The notes: a model not told the origin generated them from the letters alone. A stretch of 53,407 nt of DNA from Syntrophus aciditrophicus (GCA_020726025.1 DYTH01000003.1:1-53407); one strand, 5' to 3'; positions 19,051 through 27,587 are shown, counted from the stretch's first letter. A program made the numbers and translations.

Positions 19051-20988
19051 ATGTTCGAAATATTTGTTCAACACACCTTATCGATCCTCTCCACCGTCAT
19101 CTGGTGGCTGCTGATTACGGGCATCGGACTGCTCTGCCTGGGGCGCTTATCCATACCCATAACCTCGCGGTGCGAGATGCTTTTCGTTTCTTTCGGAATT
19201 GGGCTGGTCATTGTCGGACACTCGGTGTTTCTTTTCGGCGTTGCCGACGCGCTACAGCCCTTTTGGATTGCATGCATGCTTTCATTTCTGGCGATCCTGG
19301 CGCTCAGTGGGTGGCTGCGGCTGCCCGCAGTCATACTTCCCCTGTCTGCGACGCCTTTGAACCAAACGTCGGGCCCCGGTGTTCAACGTTTTACACGCGA
19401 CTCACCGGGAATCCATTCCGGCCGCGGAAATTCAGTGGAACGTGTCGCTGGGATTGCGCTCTCGCTTTTGCTCGCTGCGGCTTTTCTGTTGACTGTAACG
19501 CCTGAGTCGGGAAAGGATGCGCTCATCTATCACCTTGCCGTGCCGAAGCTTTTTCTTCAGCATGGCGGGTTTTACACAATCCCCGGAAATATCTTTGCCG
19601 ATTATCCACTTCTGGCAGAGATGCACTACCTTCTTGCCCTTTTCGTCGGAAACGACATTACGGCAAAGACGATGAATTACGTTGTATTAATCGAAATACT
19701 TGCCGCAATTTACCTTATATCCCGCAATCTGGCCAAAAATCATGCTGTTCCAGCCCTGAGCATGCTGGTATTTTTGTCCATCCCGTCCGTTTTTGCCGTT
19801 TCGCATACCGCCTACAACGACCTTTTTGTCGCATTTTTTACTCTTGGGGCCTTTTACGCTTTTCTGCGCTGGTCGGAGGGAGGCCTGAACGGCTGGCTTG
19901 TTCTCTCCGGTATTTTCACCGGGGGGGCCATCGCCTGCAAGTACACGGCGTTGCTGATCATTCCACTGGGGTGTCTTGGCATTCTGTTTTTTGCATACAG
20001 GGACAAACGAACCGTTTGCGTAACCTTGAAGACGCTTCTCGTATTCGGGGCGACGGCTTTCGTATCGGGAAGCGCGTTTTACCTGAAAAACTGGCTCGTT
20101 ACAGGCAATCCGTTTCATCCTTTCCTCTACGCCGTCTTCGGCGGCCGGGGATGGGATGCCGACCAGGCCAGACTCTACGACATTATGGTGCAGAGTCTCG
20201 GCATGGGAAGGGAACTGATGGATTATATTCTGCTTCCCTTTAACCTGAGCTTCCGGGCAAAAATGGACAGCATCGCCTTCGACGGCTCCATAGGGCCGGT
20301 CTTTTTCCTCGTCCTCCCCTTTCTTGCCTTCATCCGCCGCGAAACATCCATCTTGCTGATTGTTTTCTTTTCGTTCTTTTCCTTTCTGTTCTGGGCATCA
20401 TCGGCCCAGCAGATACGCTACCTCATCCATTTATTCCCGCTTCTGGCGATTCTCGTCGGCGCGACAGTTTCCCGCGTCCGGGACCGGAAGATCGTTTATC
20501 CCCTGTTGCTGCTTATGATCGGTGGAGGCATCGCCTTCAACTGCCTTCCTATCGCCCGGGATTTCATCAGGACGTCCCCGCTCAAGGTGGCAGTCGGCCT
20601 TGAATCCCGCGAAGATTTTCTCTCCCGGATGGTTCCAGTCTATCCTATGTACCGATTCGCCAACGAAAACCTCCCCGCCGACGCAAAGATCTTTCTCATT
20701 TACATGAAGAATCACACCTTTTTCTGCAAACGCGACTGCTACAGCGACGCGATGTTCGAGACCCATACGATCGAAAAAATCCTCCGTCATTTTTCAACGC
20801 CGGAGGACGTCGCCGCGGCCCTGAGAAAGGACGGCTTCACCCATCTGATGTACGATAAACGATACCTCGCAGGGCCTGTGAGCCCGCTTTCAGCGAAAGA
20901 GCAGGGGCTGTTTTTGCGTTTTCAGAAACAATGCCTGTCCGTTGTCGCCGCAAGAGGCCCCTGGCATCTGAGCGCCATTTGCCGATAA
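19051..20988 (+). CDS. GT-C (GT39-like) membrane glycosyltransferase
   Basis: DALIYHLAVPK, YNDL, ACKYTAL, YLKNWLVTGNPFHPF and QIRYL motifs; many hydrophobic segments. Confidence 0.7.
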   Translation: MFEIFVQHTLSILSTVIWWLLITGIGLLCLGRLSIPITSRCEMLFVSFGIGLVIVGHSVFLFGVADALQPFWIACMLSFLAILALSGWLRLPAVILPLSATPLNQTSGPGVQRFTRDSPGIHSGRGNSVERVAGIALSLLLAAAFLLTVTPESGKDALIYHLAVPKLFLQHGGFYTIPGNIFADYPLLAEMHYLLALFVGNDITAKTMNYVVLIEILAAIYLISRNLAKNHAVPALSMLVFLSIPSVFAVSHTAYNDLFVAFFTLGAFYAFLRWSEGGLNGWLVLSGIFTGGAIACKYTALLIIPLGCLGILFFAYRDKRTVCVTLKTLLVFGATAFVSGSAFYLKNWLVTGNPFHPFLYAVFGGRGWDADQARLYDIMVQSLGMGRELMDYILLPFNLSFRAKMDSIAFDGSIGPVFFLVLPFLAFIRRETSILLIVFFSFFSFLFWASSAQQIRYLIHLFPLLAILVGATVSRVRDRKIVYPLLLLMIGGGIAFNCLPIARDFIRTSPLKVAVGLESREDFLSRMVPVYPMYRFANENLPADAKIFLIYMKNHTFFCKRDCYSDAMFETHTIEKILRHFSTPEDVAAALRKDGFTHLMYDKRYLAGPVSPLSAKEQGLFLRFQKQCLSVVAARGPWHLSAICR

Positions 20989-21056
20989 CTTTAGAGCCAA
21001 TTGCAAAAGTCCTTCTTCGTCATTCCGGCAAAAGCCGGAAAACGAAGTTTAATGTT

Positions 21057-21188
21057 GATGAACTCGTCAAAAGTCGATTTTGTCCCCTTTTGTCATTCCG
21101 TGCTTGACACGGAATCCAGTGAATTTAGTCACTTATGGATTCCGGCTTTCGCCGGAATGACGGTTTTTGGACTTTTGACGAAAGCATC
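21057..21188 (+). mobile_element. Complete MITE (family A), 132 bp, with 6-bp target-site duplication
   Basis: Imperfect terminal IRs GATGAACTCGTCAAAAGTC / GACTTTTGACGAAAGCATC. AATGTT is duplicated at 21051-21056 and 21189-21194. Internal REP-like hairpins ATTCCGTGCTTGACACGGAAT and ATTCCGGCTTTCGCCGGAAT. Confidence 0.85.
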
Positions 21189-21217
21189 AATGTTCTCGTA
21201 AAAAGTCGTCACACCGG

Positions 21218-21239
21218 TGAAAGCGAAGCTTCATGTTCA
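21218..21239 (+). repeat. 22-bp repeat TGAAAGCGAAGCTTCATGTTCA (inverted copy at 24438-24459)
   Basis: Exact reverse complement at 24438-24459; degenerate copies at 24414-24436 and 21038-21056. Confidence 0.85.
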
Positions 21240-21258
21240 TAATCCAGTCTTTTCAGTC

Positions 21259-21348
21259 CATTCCGGGCTGGCCTTGACAGGAGCTTTGCTCAACCGGACG
21301 GGACTTGCGCAAAGAGCAGATTCCATTGTTCTGCCGGGGCGCCAGGAA
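21259..21348 (+). pseudogene. IS1380-family transposase N-terminal remnant
   Basis: Translation HSGLALTGALLNRTGLAQR resembles the (T/S)H(A/S)GL start of IS1380-type DDE transposases; only ~30 codons remain. Confidence 0.5.
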
Positions 21349-21455
21349 CTTGTATGGAGCAGCCAGCACGACTACCGCATTGATGGGATCATGCTTGCAA
21401 ATTGTCAAGTTCTTCCTGACAGATGTCTTTCCCTCGCAGTCCCCTTTTTCTTCGC

Positions 21456-21484
21456 TTGACAAAAGAATAGTCTCTTTGTAGATT
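21456..21484 (+). promoter_or_regulatory. Sigma70 promoter of the RHH-RelE module with overlapping imperfect palindrome
   Basis: TTGACA-17bp-TAGATT; the spacer contains an ACAAA...TTTGT inverted repeat, typical of antitoxin operators. Confidence 0.65.
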
Positions 21485-21503
21485 AGTGTCAGGAGGTGGC
21501 GCT

Positions 21504-21752
21504 ATGGCAACGACGACCGTACGAATTCCTGAAGACAAACGAGATATGCTGAAAATTGTGGCGAGCATAGAAAAAAAGGATATGCAGATGATCCTTTCGG
21601 AACTCATTGACGAATACCTGGAACGGCACAAAGAGACGCTGGAAATTCTTTCCAATCCTCAATGGGTAGATACAATACAAGAAGGGCTGAGGGCATCGGA
21701 AAGGGGTGAGGCGATTCGATGGCGAGACAAGAAAGCTGGAATATTTTCCTGA
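21504..21752 (+). CDS. Ribbon-helix-helix antitoxin
   Basis: TTTVRIP beta-strand plus two helices; ETLEILSNP tail; AGGAGG RBS; overlaps the toxin gene. Confidence 0.8.
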   Translation: MATTTVRIPEDKRDMLKIVASIEKKDMQMILSELIDEYLERHKETLEILSNPQWVDTIQEGLRASERGEAIRWRDKKAGIFS

Positions 21753-21994
21753 CCAAACCGGCTGAAAAGGATTACGACCATGTGACCGGCGAACTGCAGG
21801 AACAGTTTGATCATTGCTTTGCAGCTCTGGAAGACAATCCCCTGTACGGGACAAATATAAGACCGCTAACCGGATCACTCAAGGGAATGTTTCGTTACAG
21901 AACCGGCGATTGGCGGATTATTTACCGGCCGCTACGAAACAAAAGGATAGTTGAAATCATTGCCATTTTACCAAGAGGGGATGCTTATAAATAG
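21719..21994 (+). CDS. RelE/ParE-family toxin
   Basis: 91 aa; NP...IRPLTG, FRYRTGDWRIIY, ILPRGDAYK. Confidence 0.9.
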   Translation: MARQESWNIFLTKPAEKDYDHVTGELQEQFDHCFAALEDNPLYGTNIRPLTGSLKGMFRYRTGDWRIIYRPLRNKRIVEIIAILPRGDAYK

Positions 21995-22000
21995 AGTAGA

Positions 22001-22016
22001 TGGGGTCAGGTCTTGC
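22001..22016 (+). repeat. 16-bp arm TGGGGTCAGGTCTTGC (perfect inverted copy at 23253-23268)
   Basis: GCAAGACCTGACCCCA at 23253-23268 is the exact reverse complement. Confidence 0.85.
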
Positions 22017-22067
22017 GTGCGGACGGGCAAGGTCGCGCAATCAAGCGGGTGAAAGTCCTGTCCCGGT
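22017..22067 (+). mobile_element. 5' stub of a group II intron (IIC-like)
   Basis: Starts with GTGCG, followed by a GAC-GGGCAAG-GTC hairpin and a GGGTGAAAGTCC GNRA stem, the layout of class C intron 5' ends. No RT ORF or domain V follows. Confidence 0.6.
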
Positions 22068-22187
22068 TCTTGGATGTTCAATCAGTTCCCTGGTTAAATC
22101 AAATGATTTGATATAGCTGCTTTTGTCATTTTTCCTGAACCAGTTTAAATCCTCTTCAGCCTTCTTCACAATGATAATTCTATACAT
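22041..22187 (-). pseudogene. Truncated Txe/YoeB-family toxin
   Basis: MYRIIIVKKAEEDLNWFRKNDK...LIEHPRTGTG, then runs into the intron stub and stops. The expected KPE.L continuation and catalytic C-terminal half are absent. Not in the ORF track. Confidence 0.7.
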
Positions 22188-22360
22188 CGGCGAAGGCCTT
22201 CTCTAAATTGATCCCGGTCGGCCTTTTTCCCCTGGCTCTTGCAGCATGCGATTCGAACAAGGAGGTCAGCGCATCCTTGTCGCTCAGCAGGCGAAGGGTT
22301 TCCTTTATGTGCGACCATTCACTTTCATCAAGGATAACGACAGCCCCGGTAATTTTTCAT
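22180..22360 (-). pseudogene. Internally deleted/frameshifted Phd/YefM-family antitoxin
   Basis: C-terminal frame GAVVILDESEWSHIKETLRLLSD...AFADV* overlaps the yoeB start. The ATG at 22360 (MKNY) is in another frame. Confidence 0.65.
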
Positions 22361-22568
22361 GACTATGGTATTACACAAAATAGTATTACATTGTAAATAA
22401 ATCCCGAAGAAATAATCAGGGACGCCGTTCGGCAACGGAAGTGCGTTCCCCTTGCGGTTTCAAACGGAGCCATGGCGCCTCTTTTACTTTCGCAGTCGAT
22501 ACGCTGAGGGAGCGCATCTTATCCTGGAGCGCAGATGCTGCCCCGCAAATTGCCCGGCGATTCATCTT

Positions 22569-22910
22569 TTAGATATCGTAGTGCAGACGGAGCGCCGCCT
22601 TTACTTTTGCCATCAATTCAGCGGGCAGGCTGCCGACTAATTGCACCAACCGGACCTTGTCAACGGCTCTTGTCTGGTTGACCATAACTTTGGAGAGGCT
22701 GGTCAAACTTGATGTCCCCGCTGGAATTTCGACTTCAAATGAGTAAACGCGGGTCACGTTGGAAGTGATGGGAGCGATGGATACGATTGGGGAATGTTCA
22801 TTGTTGATATCATTGGAAACCACGACGGCAGGGCGGACTTTCCTGACTTCAGCGCCCACTGAAGGGTCGAAATTGACCCGGAATACGTCTCCCTGTTTAA
22901 TCGATTCCAT
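22569..22910 (-). CDS. MazF/PemK-family endoribonuclease toxin
   Basis: QGDVFRVNFDPSVGAEVRKVRPAVVVSND, APITS, NQTRAVDKVRL. Confidence 0.92.
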   Translation of the reverse strand: MESIKQGDVFRVNFDPSVGAEVRKVRPAVVVSNDINNEHSPIVSIAPITSNVTRVYSFEVEIPAGTSSLTSLSKVMVNQTRAVDKVRLVQLVGSLPAELMAKVKAALRLHYDI

Positions 22911-23121
22911 CGGCAATGGCTCCTTCCAGATCGGCGCTTATCCGTTTGATCTCCTGGCCTGCTTCACGGTATTCAGCCGCAAGCCTCAGGTTGCGTCTTT
23001 TCGTGAGGGCGTCGCGGATTGCCTCGCTGATAAAGCGGCTTCTCCCTCTGGATTCAACCTCTTCAGTGAGCTCCTGGTAGGTTTCCCTGGGCAGACTCAT
23101 ATTGATTCTAACAACATTCAT
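22897..23121 (-). CDS. Ribbon-helix-helix antitoxin for the MazF toxin
   Basis: RINMSLP...RSRFISEAI...LAAEYRE...ADGID; GAGGTG RBS; overlaps the toxin start; 74 aa. Confidence 0.85.
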   Translation of the reverse strand: MNVVRINMSLPRETYQELTEEVESRGRSRFISEAIRDALTKRRNLRLAAEYREAGQEIKRISADLEGAIADGID

Positions 23122-23252
23122 AATGCACCTCATTCGTGTGTTTTCGTTTGATGAATAAAATAAAACATTTTTATTGTCAACTTTTTCGTGACAAGTCTCT
23201 TGTAAATTCGCGCAAAAAGATTGTGTCCGGAATAACAAACGAAAGTGGCAAG

Positions 23253-23268
23253 GCAAGACCTGACCCCA
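23253..23268 (-). repeat. Right 16-bp arm pairing with 22001-22016
   Basis: GCAAGACCTGACCCCA read directly. Confidence 0.85.
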
Positions 23269-23365
23269 CATTACAATATCCATTTCCTTCTTCGGGATAA
23301 TTTGCTAAACGATTCCAGCGATTGAGATCAATAGGTCTAACACATTTTTTAGAGGGGGAGAAGTT

Positions 23366-24370
23366 ATGAGAAAACTTGCCGCAATCAGGAAGGTTGACGA
23401 GATACGGCCGATCGAGGGCGCCGATGCGATTGAGCTTGCCGTCTTCGGCGGCTGGCAGGTGGTCGTCAGAAAGGCGCAGGAAATAAGGCCGGGCATGGCC
23501 GTCGTCTATTGCGAGATCGATTCTGTCTTTCCCGAGGAAAAGCGCTATGAATTCCTGCGCCAGGACAAGTTTCGCCTGAGGAGCAAGAAGTTTCGCGGCG
23601 CCCTGTCGCAGGGGGTAGTTTTCAGGATCGACGAGGCGCTGCCGCCCGGCAGGTATGAAGATGGCGACGATGTTACTGAAATTCTTGGCATCACTCTCTA
23701 TGAACCGCCGATACCCGCGGCCATCGCGGGCGATATCGCTGCCCCCTATCCGGGGCATGTCCCGAAAACAGACGAGGAGCGGGCGCAAAATCTCGATCTC
23801 GCCGCCTTCTCCGGGATTCCCTTTTTTGTCACGGAAAAGCTCGACGGCACATCGGCGTCATTCATCCTCGACGAGGCGGGTTTTCACGTCTGCGGCAGGA
23901 ACTGGGAGTTTCGGAACACGCCCGGCCAGACCTTCTGCAAGCTTGCCGCCGATTATGACGTCGAGGCGCGGCTGCGCGACTTCCATGACCGGACGGGGAG
24001 CTATCTCGCGCTGCAGGGCGAGGTCGTCGGCAACGGCATCCAGTCCAACACTTACGCCTTGAAAGGACAGGATATCTTTATTTTCAACATCTTCGACATT
24101 GGCCGACAGCGCTGGTTATCCGCCCGCGCCTACCGCGCCCTGCTCGACGACTTCGGCCTCAAAGGGGTTCCCATTGTCGAAGAGAGTCTTTCGATCGACG
24201 GCCTTGACCACGCCCAACTGCTCGCCTTTGCCGAAGGCAGGTCGCTCCTCAACCCGCAGGCTGAGCGCGAGGGGGTGGTTTTCCGTTCCGTTTCCGTAAC
24301 GGAGTCCGGTCAGGGGAAAATATCCTTCAAGGCGATCTCCAACCGCTACCTGCTGAAGCACGGCGGATGA
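23366..24370 (+). CDS. ATP-dependent RNA ligase, DRB0094 family
   Basis: N-terminal RKLA.I....PIEGADAIE...GWQVVV...VYCEIDS module; nucleotidyltransferase motifs TEKLDGTS (I), LQGE (III), FNIFD (IIIa), EREGVVF (IV), FKAISN.YLLK (V). Confidence 0.9.
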   Translation: MRKLAAIRKVDEIRPIEGADAIELAVFGGWQVVVRKAQEIRPGMAVVYCEIDSVFPEEKRYEFLRQDKFRLRSKKFRGALSQGVVFRIDEALPPGRYEDGDDVTEILGITLYEPPIPAAIAGDIAAPYPGHVPKTDEERAQNLDLAAFSGIPFFVTEKLDGTSASFILDEAGFHVCGRNWEFRNTPGQTFCKLAADYDVEARLRDFHDRTGSYLALQGEVVGNGIQSNTYALKGQDIFIFNIFDIGRQRWLSARAYRALLDDFGLKGVPIVEESLSIDGLDHAQLLAFAEGRSLLNPQAEREGVVFRSVSVTESGQGKISFKAISNRYLLKHGG

Positions 24371-24413
24371 AAATTCGATAATTATGCATCCGTTGTGACC
24401 CCGTATCCGGATT

Positions 24414-24459
24414 TTATGATCATGAAGCTCCGCTTTGTGAACATGAAGCTTCGCTTTCA
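24414..24459 (-). repeat. Two tandem copies of the AAAGCGAAGCTTCATGTTCA repeat
   Basis: Minus strand reads TGAAAGCGAAGCTTCATGTTCAC-AAAGCGGAGCTTCATGATCATAA. Confidence 0.8.
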
Positions 24460-24544
24460 TCGTTCGTTGTGCCCGCCCGGGCATGGAGGTTTATATAAAG
24501 CCGCACACCCCTGTTATGACAGTACGGCTTCAGATAAATACCTG

Positions 24545-26203
24545 CTACTCGATGACCGCGCCACGAGCGCCGGAGGTGACGACCCGGCGGTAACGGTTCA
24601 GGTAGGGACTGTCAACCTGCTGCATATACGGTTTCCATAACCCGCGGCGGCGCTCCAGTTCCTTTTCATCAACGAGGAGATCGAGTTTCTTGGACGGGAT
24701 GTCCACGAGGACCATATCTCCCTCTTCCACCAGCGCAATGGGGCCGCCGGCAGCGGCCTCCGGCGAGACATGGCCGATCGAGGCCCCCCGGCTGGCGCCG
24801 CTGAAGCGGCCGTCGGTGATAAGCGCCACGGTCTTGTCCATCCCCATCCCGGCAAGAGCGGAGGTGGGGCTCAACATCTCGCGCATGCCGGGGCCGCCTT
24901 TGGGCCCTTCGTAGCGGATGACAACAACATCGCCTTCCCTGATTTCCTTTGCCTGAATGGCTGCGTAAGCCTCCTCTTCGGAATTGAAGACGCGGGCAGG
25001 GCCCCTGTGGACGAGCATCTCCTCGGCCACGGCCGACTGCTTGACGATGGCGCCCTCAGGGGCAAGCGATCCCTTCAGCACAGCCAGCCCTCCTTGGGCA
25101 TGGTAGGGGTTGGAAAGAGGACGGATGACGGTTTCATCCTTCACCGCTGCATCGGCAAGGTTTTCCTTCACCGTTTTCCCCGATGCGGTGATGAGGCCTG
25201 TCTTGATCAGCCCCCCCTCGACCAGGCGCGCCATGACCGCATGCACTCCCCCGGCCCGGTAAAGGTCCTGGATATGATGATTTCCCCCGGGGCTCATGTT
25301 GCACAGATGGGGGACTTTTTCCCCGATGGCATTGAAAAGCTCGATGGGGAGTTCCAGGCCTGCCGCATGGGCAATCGCGGGAAGGTGCAGGGTGGTGTTG
25401 GTGGAACCGCCCAAGGCCAGATCGACGGCGATCGCATTTTCAAATGCCTCCCGGCTCAAAATATCGCGGGGCAGGATCTTCTTATCCAGAAGTTCCATGA
25501 TTTTCAGCCCCGCTTCTTTTGCCAGCCTCTCCCTCTCCGAATAAACGGCGGGGATCGTGCCGTTTCCAGGCAGGCCGAGCCCCAGCGCCTCGATCATGCA
25601 GTTCATCGTATTGGCGGTGAACATCCCGGCACAGGAGCCGTAGGTCGGGCAGGCGACGTTTTCTATCTCAATGAGTTCCTCTTCGGCAAGCGTTCCCGCC
25701 ATCACCTTTCCCACCGACTCGAACACGGTGGAAAGATCAATGTCCTGCCCTTTATGAACGCCAGCCAGCATGGGGCCGCCGCTGATAACGATTGCCGGAA
25801 TGTTGAGCGACGCCGCGGCCATTGCCATGCCGGGAATAATCTTGTCGCAGTTTGTCACCAGAACCAGTGCGTCAAAGGCATGAGCCTGGGTCATGATCTC
25901 GATTGAATCCATGATCAGTTCCCGACTCGGAAGCGAAAACTTCATCCCCGGATGGTTCATGGCGATGCCGTCGCAGACGCCGATTACGGGAAACTCTATC
26001 GGCAGTCCACCGGCCGCATTCACGCCGGCCTTGACCGCGTCTGTTATTGTCCGTAAATGGACATGTCCGGGGATAATGGCGTTATACGAATTGACAACCC
26101 CTATCCAGGGCCGTCTGATTTCTTTATCCGTGAAACCTGAGGCCTTCATCAACGACCGGTGCGGCGCCCGGTCTATTCCGTTTTTTGCCTTGTCGCTTCT
26201 CAT
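24545..26203 (-). CDS. ilvD: Dihydroxy-acid dehydratase
   Basis: [67 protein letters not shown]. Start MRSD at 26203 after AAGGAGG. Confidence 0.95.
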   Translation of the reverse strand: MRSDKAKNGIDRAPHRSLMKASGFTDKEIRRPWIGVVNSYNAIIPGHVHLRTITDAVKAGVNAAGGLPIEFPVIGVCDGIAMNHPGMKFSLPSRELIMDSIEIMTQAHAFDALVLVTNCDKIIPGMAMAAASLNIPAIVISGGPMLAGVHKGQDIDLSTVFESVGKVMAGTLAEEELIEIENVACPTYGSCAGMFTANTMNCMIEALGLGLPGNGTIPAVYSERERLAKEAGLKIMELLDKKILPRDILSREAFENAIAVDLALGGSTNTTLHLPAIAHAAGLELPIELFNAIGEKVPHLCNMSPGGNHHIQDLYRAGGVHAVMARLVEGGLIKTGLITASGKTVKENLADAAVKDETVIRPLSNPYHAQGGLAVLKGSLAPEGAIVKQSAVAEEMLVHRGPARVFNSEEEAYAAIQAKEIREGDVVVIRYEGPKGGPGMREMLSPTSALAGMGMDKTVALITDGRFSGASRGASIGHVSPEAAAGGPIALVEEGDMVLVDIPSKKLDLLVDEKELERRRGLWKPYMQQVDSPYLNRYRRVVTSGARGAVIE

Positions 26204-26454
26204 GTCAATCCTCCTTAAGTTAGAGCTTGTCGGCTGTGTGCGTATTTCAACGCCGATAAACAACCGTGACGTTTTCTGTCTATACAAGCATCGCATTTTT
26301 TTCAAGAAATTTTTACCGGAGAATTTTCGACGGACAAGCGCCGAAAAAATCCAACATCTGTCCTTTCAGACAATGGAAGCGGGCGCCATTTTTCCGTTAT
26401 CGTCGTCGGCGTTTTTGTGATATAGGGCGGCCAAAATAGTCAAGGAGATGTTTC

Positions 26455-26823
26455 ATGTTTGAAATTACCATAAAAAAGAGCTTTGCAGCCGCCCATCAAC
26501 TGCTCGATATCGGCGGGAAATGCGAAGAGCTGCACGGTCACAACTTTACCGTTGAGGTTTCGGCGGGAGGGGAAAAGCTCAACGACGAGGGTCTCCTGCT
26601 CGATTTCCGCCAGTTGAAAAAATGGACCAACGAACTGCTGGAAGAACTCGACCATAAATATCTGAATGACCTGCCTTTTTTTAAAGACATGAACCCGTCG
26701 TCGGAAAATATCGCCCGCTTCATGTTTGAAAGATTGTCCGAAAAAACAAAAACCCTTCATACACCCATCACCCGCGTGACTGTCTGGGAATCGGAGGACG
26801 CACGGGTATCATACAGCCTATGA
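26455..26823 (+). CDS. queD: 6-carboxytetrahydropterin synthase
   Basis: FAAAHQL, KCEELHGHN, LDHKYLND, NPSSENIA, VWES. Confidence 0.93.
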   Translation: MFEITIKKSFAAAHQLLDIGGKCEELHGHNFTVEVSAGGEKLNDEGLLLDFRQLKKWTNELLEELDHKYLNDLPFFKDMNPSSENIARFMFERLSEKTKTLHTPITRVTVWESEDARVSYSL

Positions 26824-27587
26824 TAGACATACAGAACCTGAAAGACGACCGCAACGTCAACATCCAGAAGGTGGGTGTCAAGGGACTAAAATACCCGATA
26901 ACCGTCCTCGACAAGGCCCGCAAAACCCAGCAGGTCAACGCGACCATCAGCATGTACGTGAGCCTTCTGCACCACTTCAAGGGGACCCACATGAGCCGCT
27001 TTGTCGAGGTGCTCAACGAAATCAGGGAACAGGTCAACATCCGTACCTTTCATGGCATCCTGGAAAAGATACGGACGAAGCTTCACGCTGAGTCGGCCCA
27101 TATCGAAATCGAATTCACCTATTTCATCGAAAAAACGGCGCCCCGTTCGGGGGCAAAAAGTATGATGGACTACCGCTGCCGCTTTATCGGCGTCTGCGAC
27201 AACACGGGGATGGATTTTATCGTCGGGGTGGATGTTCCGGTGACAACGGTCTGCCCCTGTTCCCGGGCGATAAGCCTCGTCGGCGCCCACAATCAGCGAA
27301 GTATTGTCACGGTGCTGGTGCGCTTCCAGAAATTCTTCTGGATCGAAGATCTCATCAAACTGATTGAATCCTCCGCCAGCAGCGAGGTTTATTCGCTGCT
27401 CAAGAGGGTGGATGAAAAATACGTCACCGAACAGGGCTACAATAACCCGATGTTTGTCGAGGACGTGGTGCGCAACGTGGCCGTGCGCCTGAAAGACGAC
27501 GCCAATTACGCATGGTTCAAGGTGGAGGCGGAAAACTTCGAAAGCATTCACAACCACAGCGCCTACGCGTGCGTTGAGAAGGAATGA
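26820..27587 (+). CDS. folE2: GTP cyclohydrolase IB
   Basis: [48 protein letters not shown]. Confidence 0.93.
   Translation: MIDIQNLKDDRNVNIQKVGVKGLKYPITVLDKARKTQQVNATISMYVSLLHHFKGTHMSRFVEVLNEIREQVNIRTFHGILEKIRTKLHAESAHIEIEFTYFIEKTAPRSGAKSMMDYRCRFIGVCDNTGMDFIVGVDVPVTTVCPCSRAISLVGAHNQRSIVTVLVRFQKFFWIEDLIKLIESSASSEVYSLLKRVDEKYVTEQGYNNPMFVEDVVRNVAVRLKDDANYAWFKVEAENFESIHNHSAYACVEKE

Larger units (their letters stand above)
20994..21258 (+). mobile_element. Interrupted, right-truncated MITE (family B, GAGCC...AAAAGTC end)
   Basis: Left end GAGCCAATTGCAAAAGTC matches the ends of 45148-45280. Its internal GTCATTCCGGCAAAAGCCGGAA^TCCAGTCTTTTCAGT is split by a ~200-bp insertion. Confidence 0.7.

Noticed and set aside
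21001-21201. 66-aa ORF containing WIPAFAGMT
   Set aside because: Translation of MITE hairpin sequence, not a gene.
20994-24459. CRISPR array or classical integron
   Set aside because: Repeats are inverted or nested, not regularly spaced; no cas or intI gene and no convincing RYYYAAC...GTTRRRY attC site seen.
25620-25660. IlvD CPTYGSC instead of CPTCGSC as an inactivating change
   Set aside because: That position varies among IlvD proteins; the CDG, CDK and GSC cysteines and the catalytic Ser region are intact.
26306-26454. preQ1 riboswitch upstream of queD (also checked upstream of queA)
   Set aside because: No recognisable aptamer stem with an A-rich tail; an Infernal scan would be decisive.
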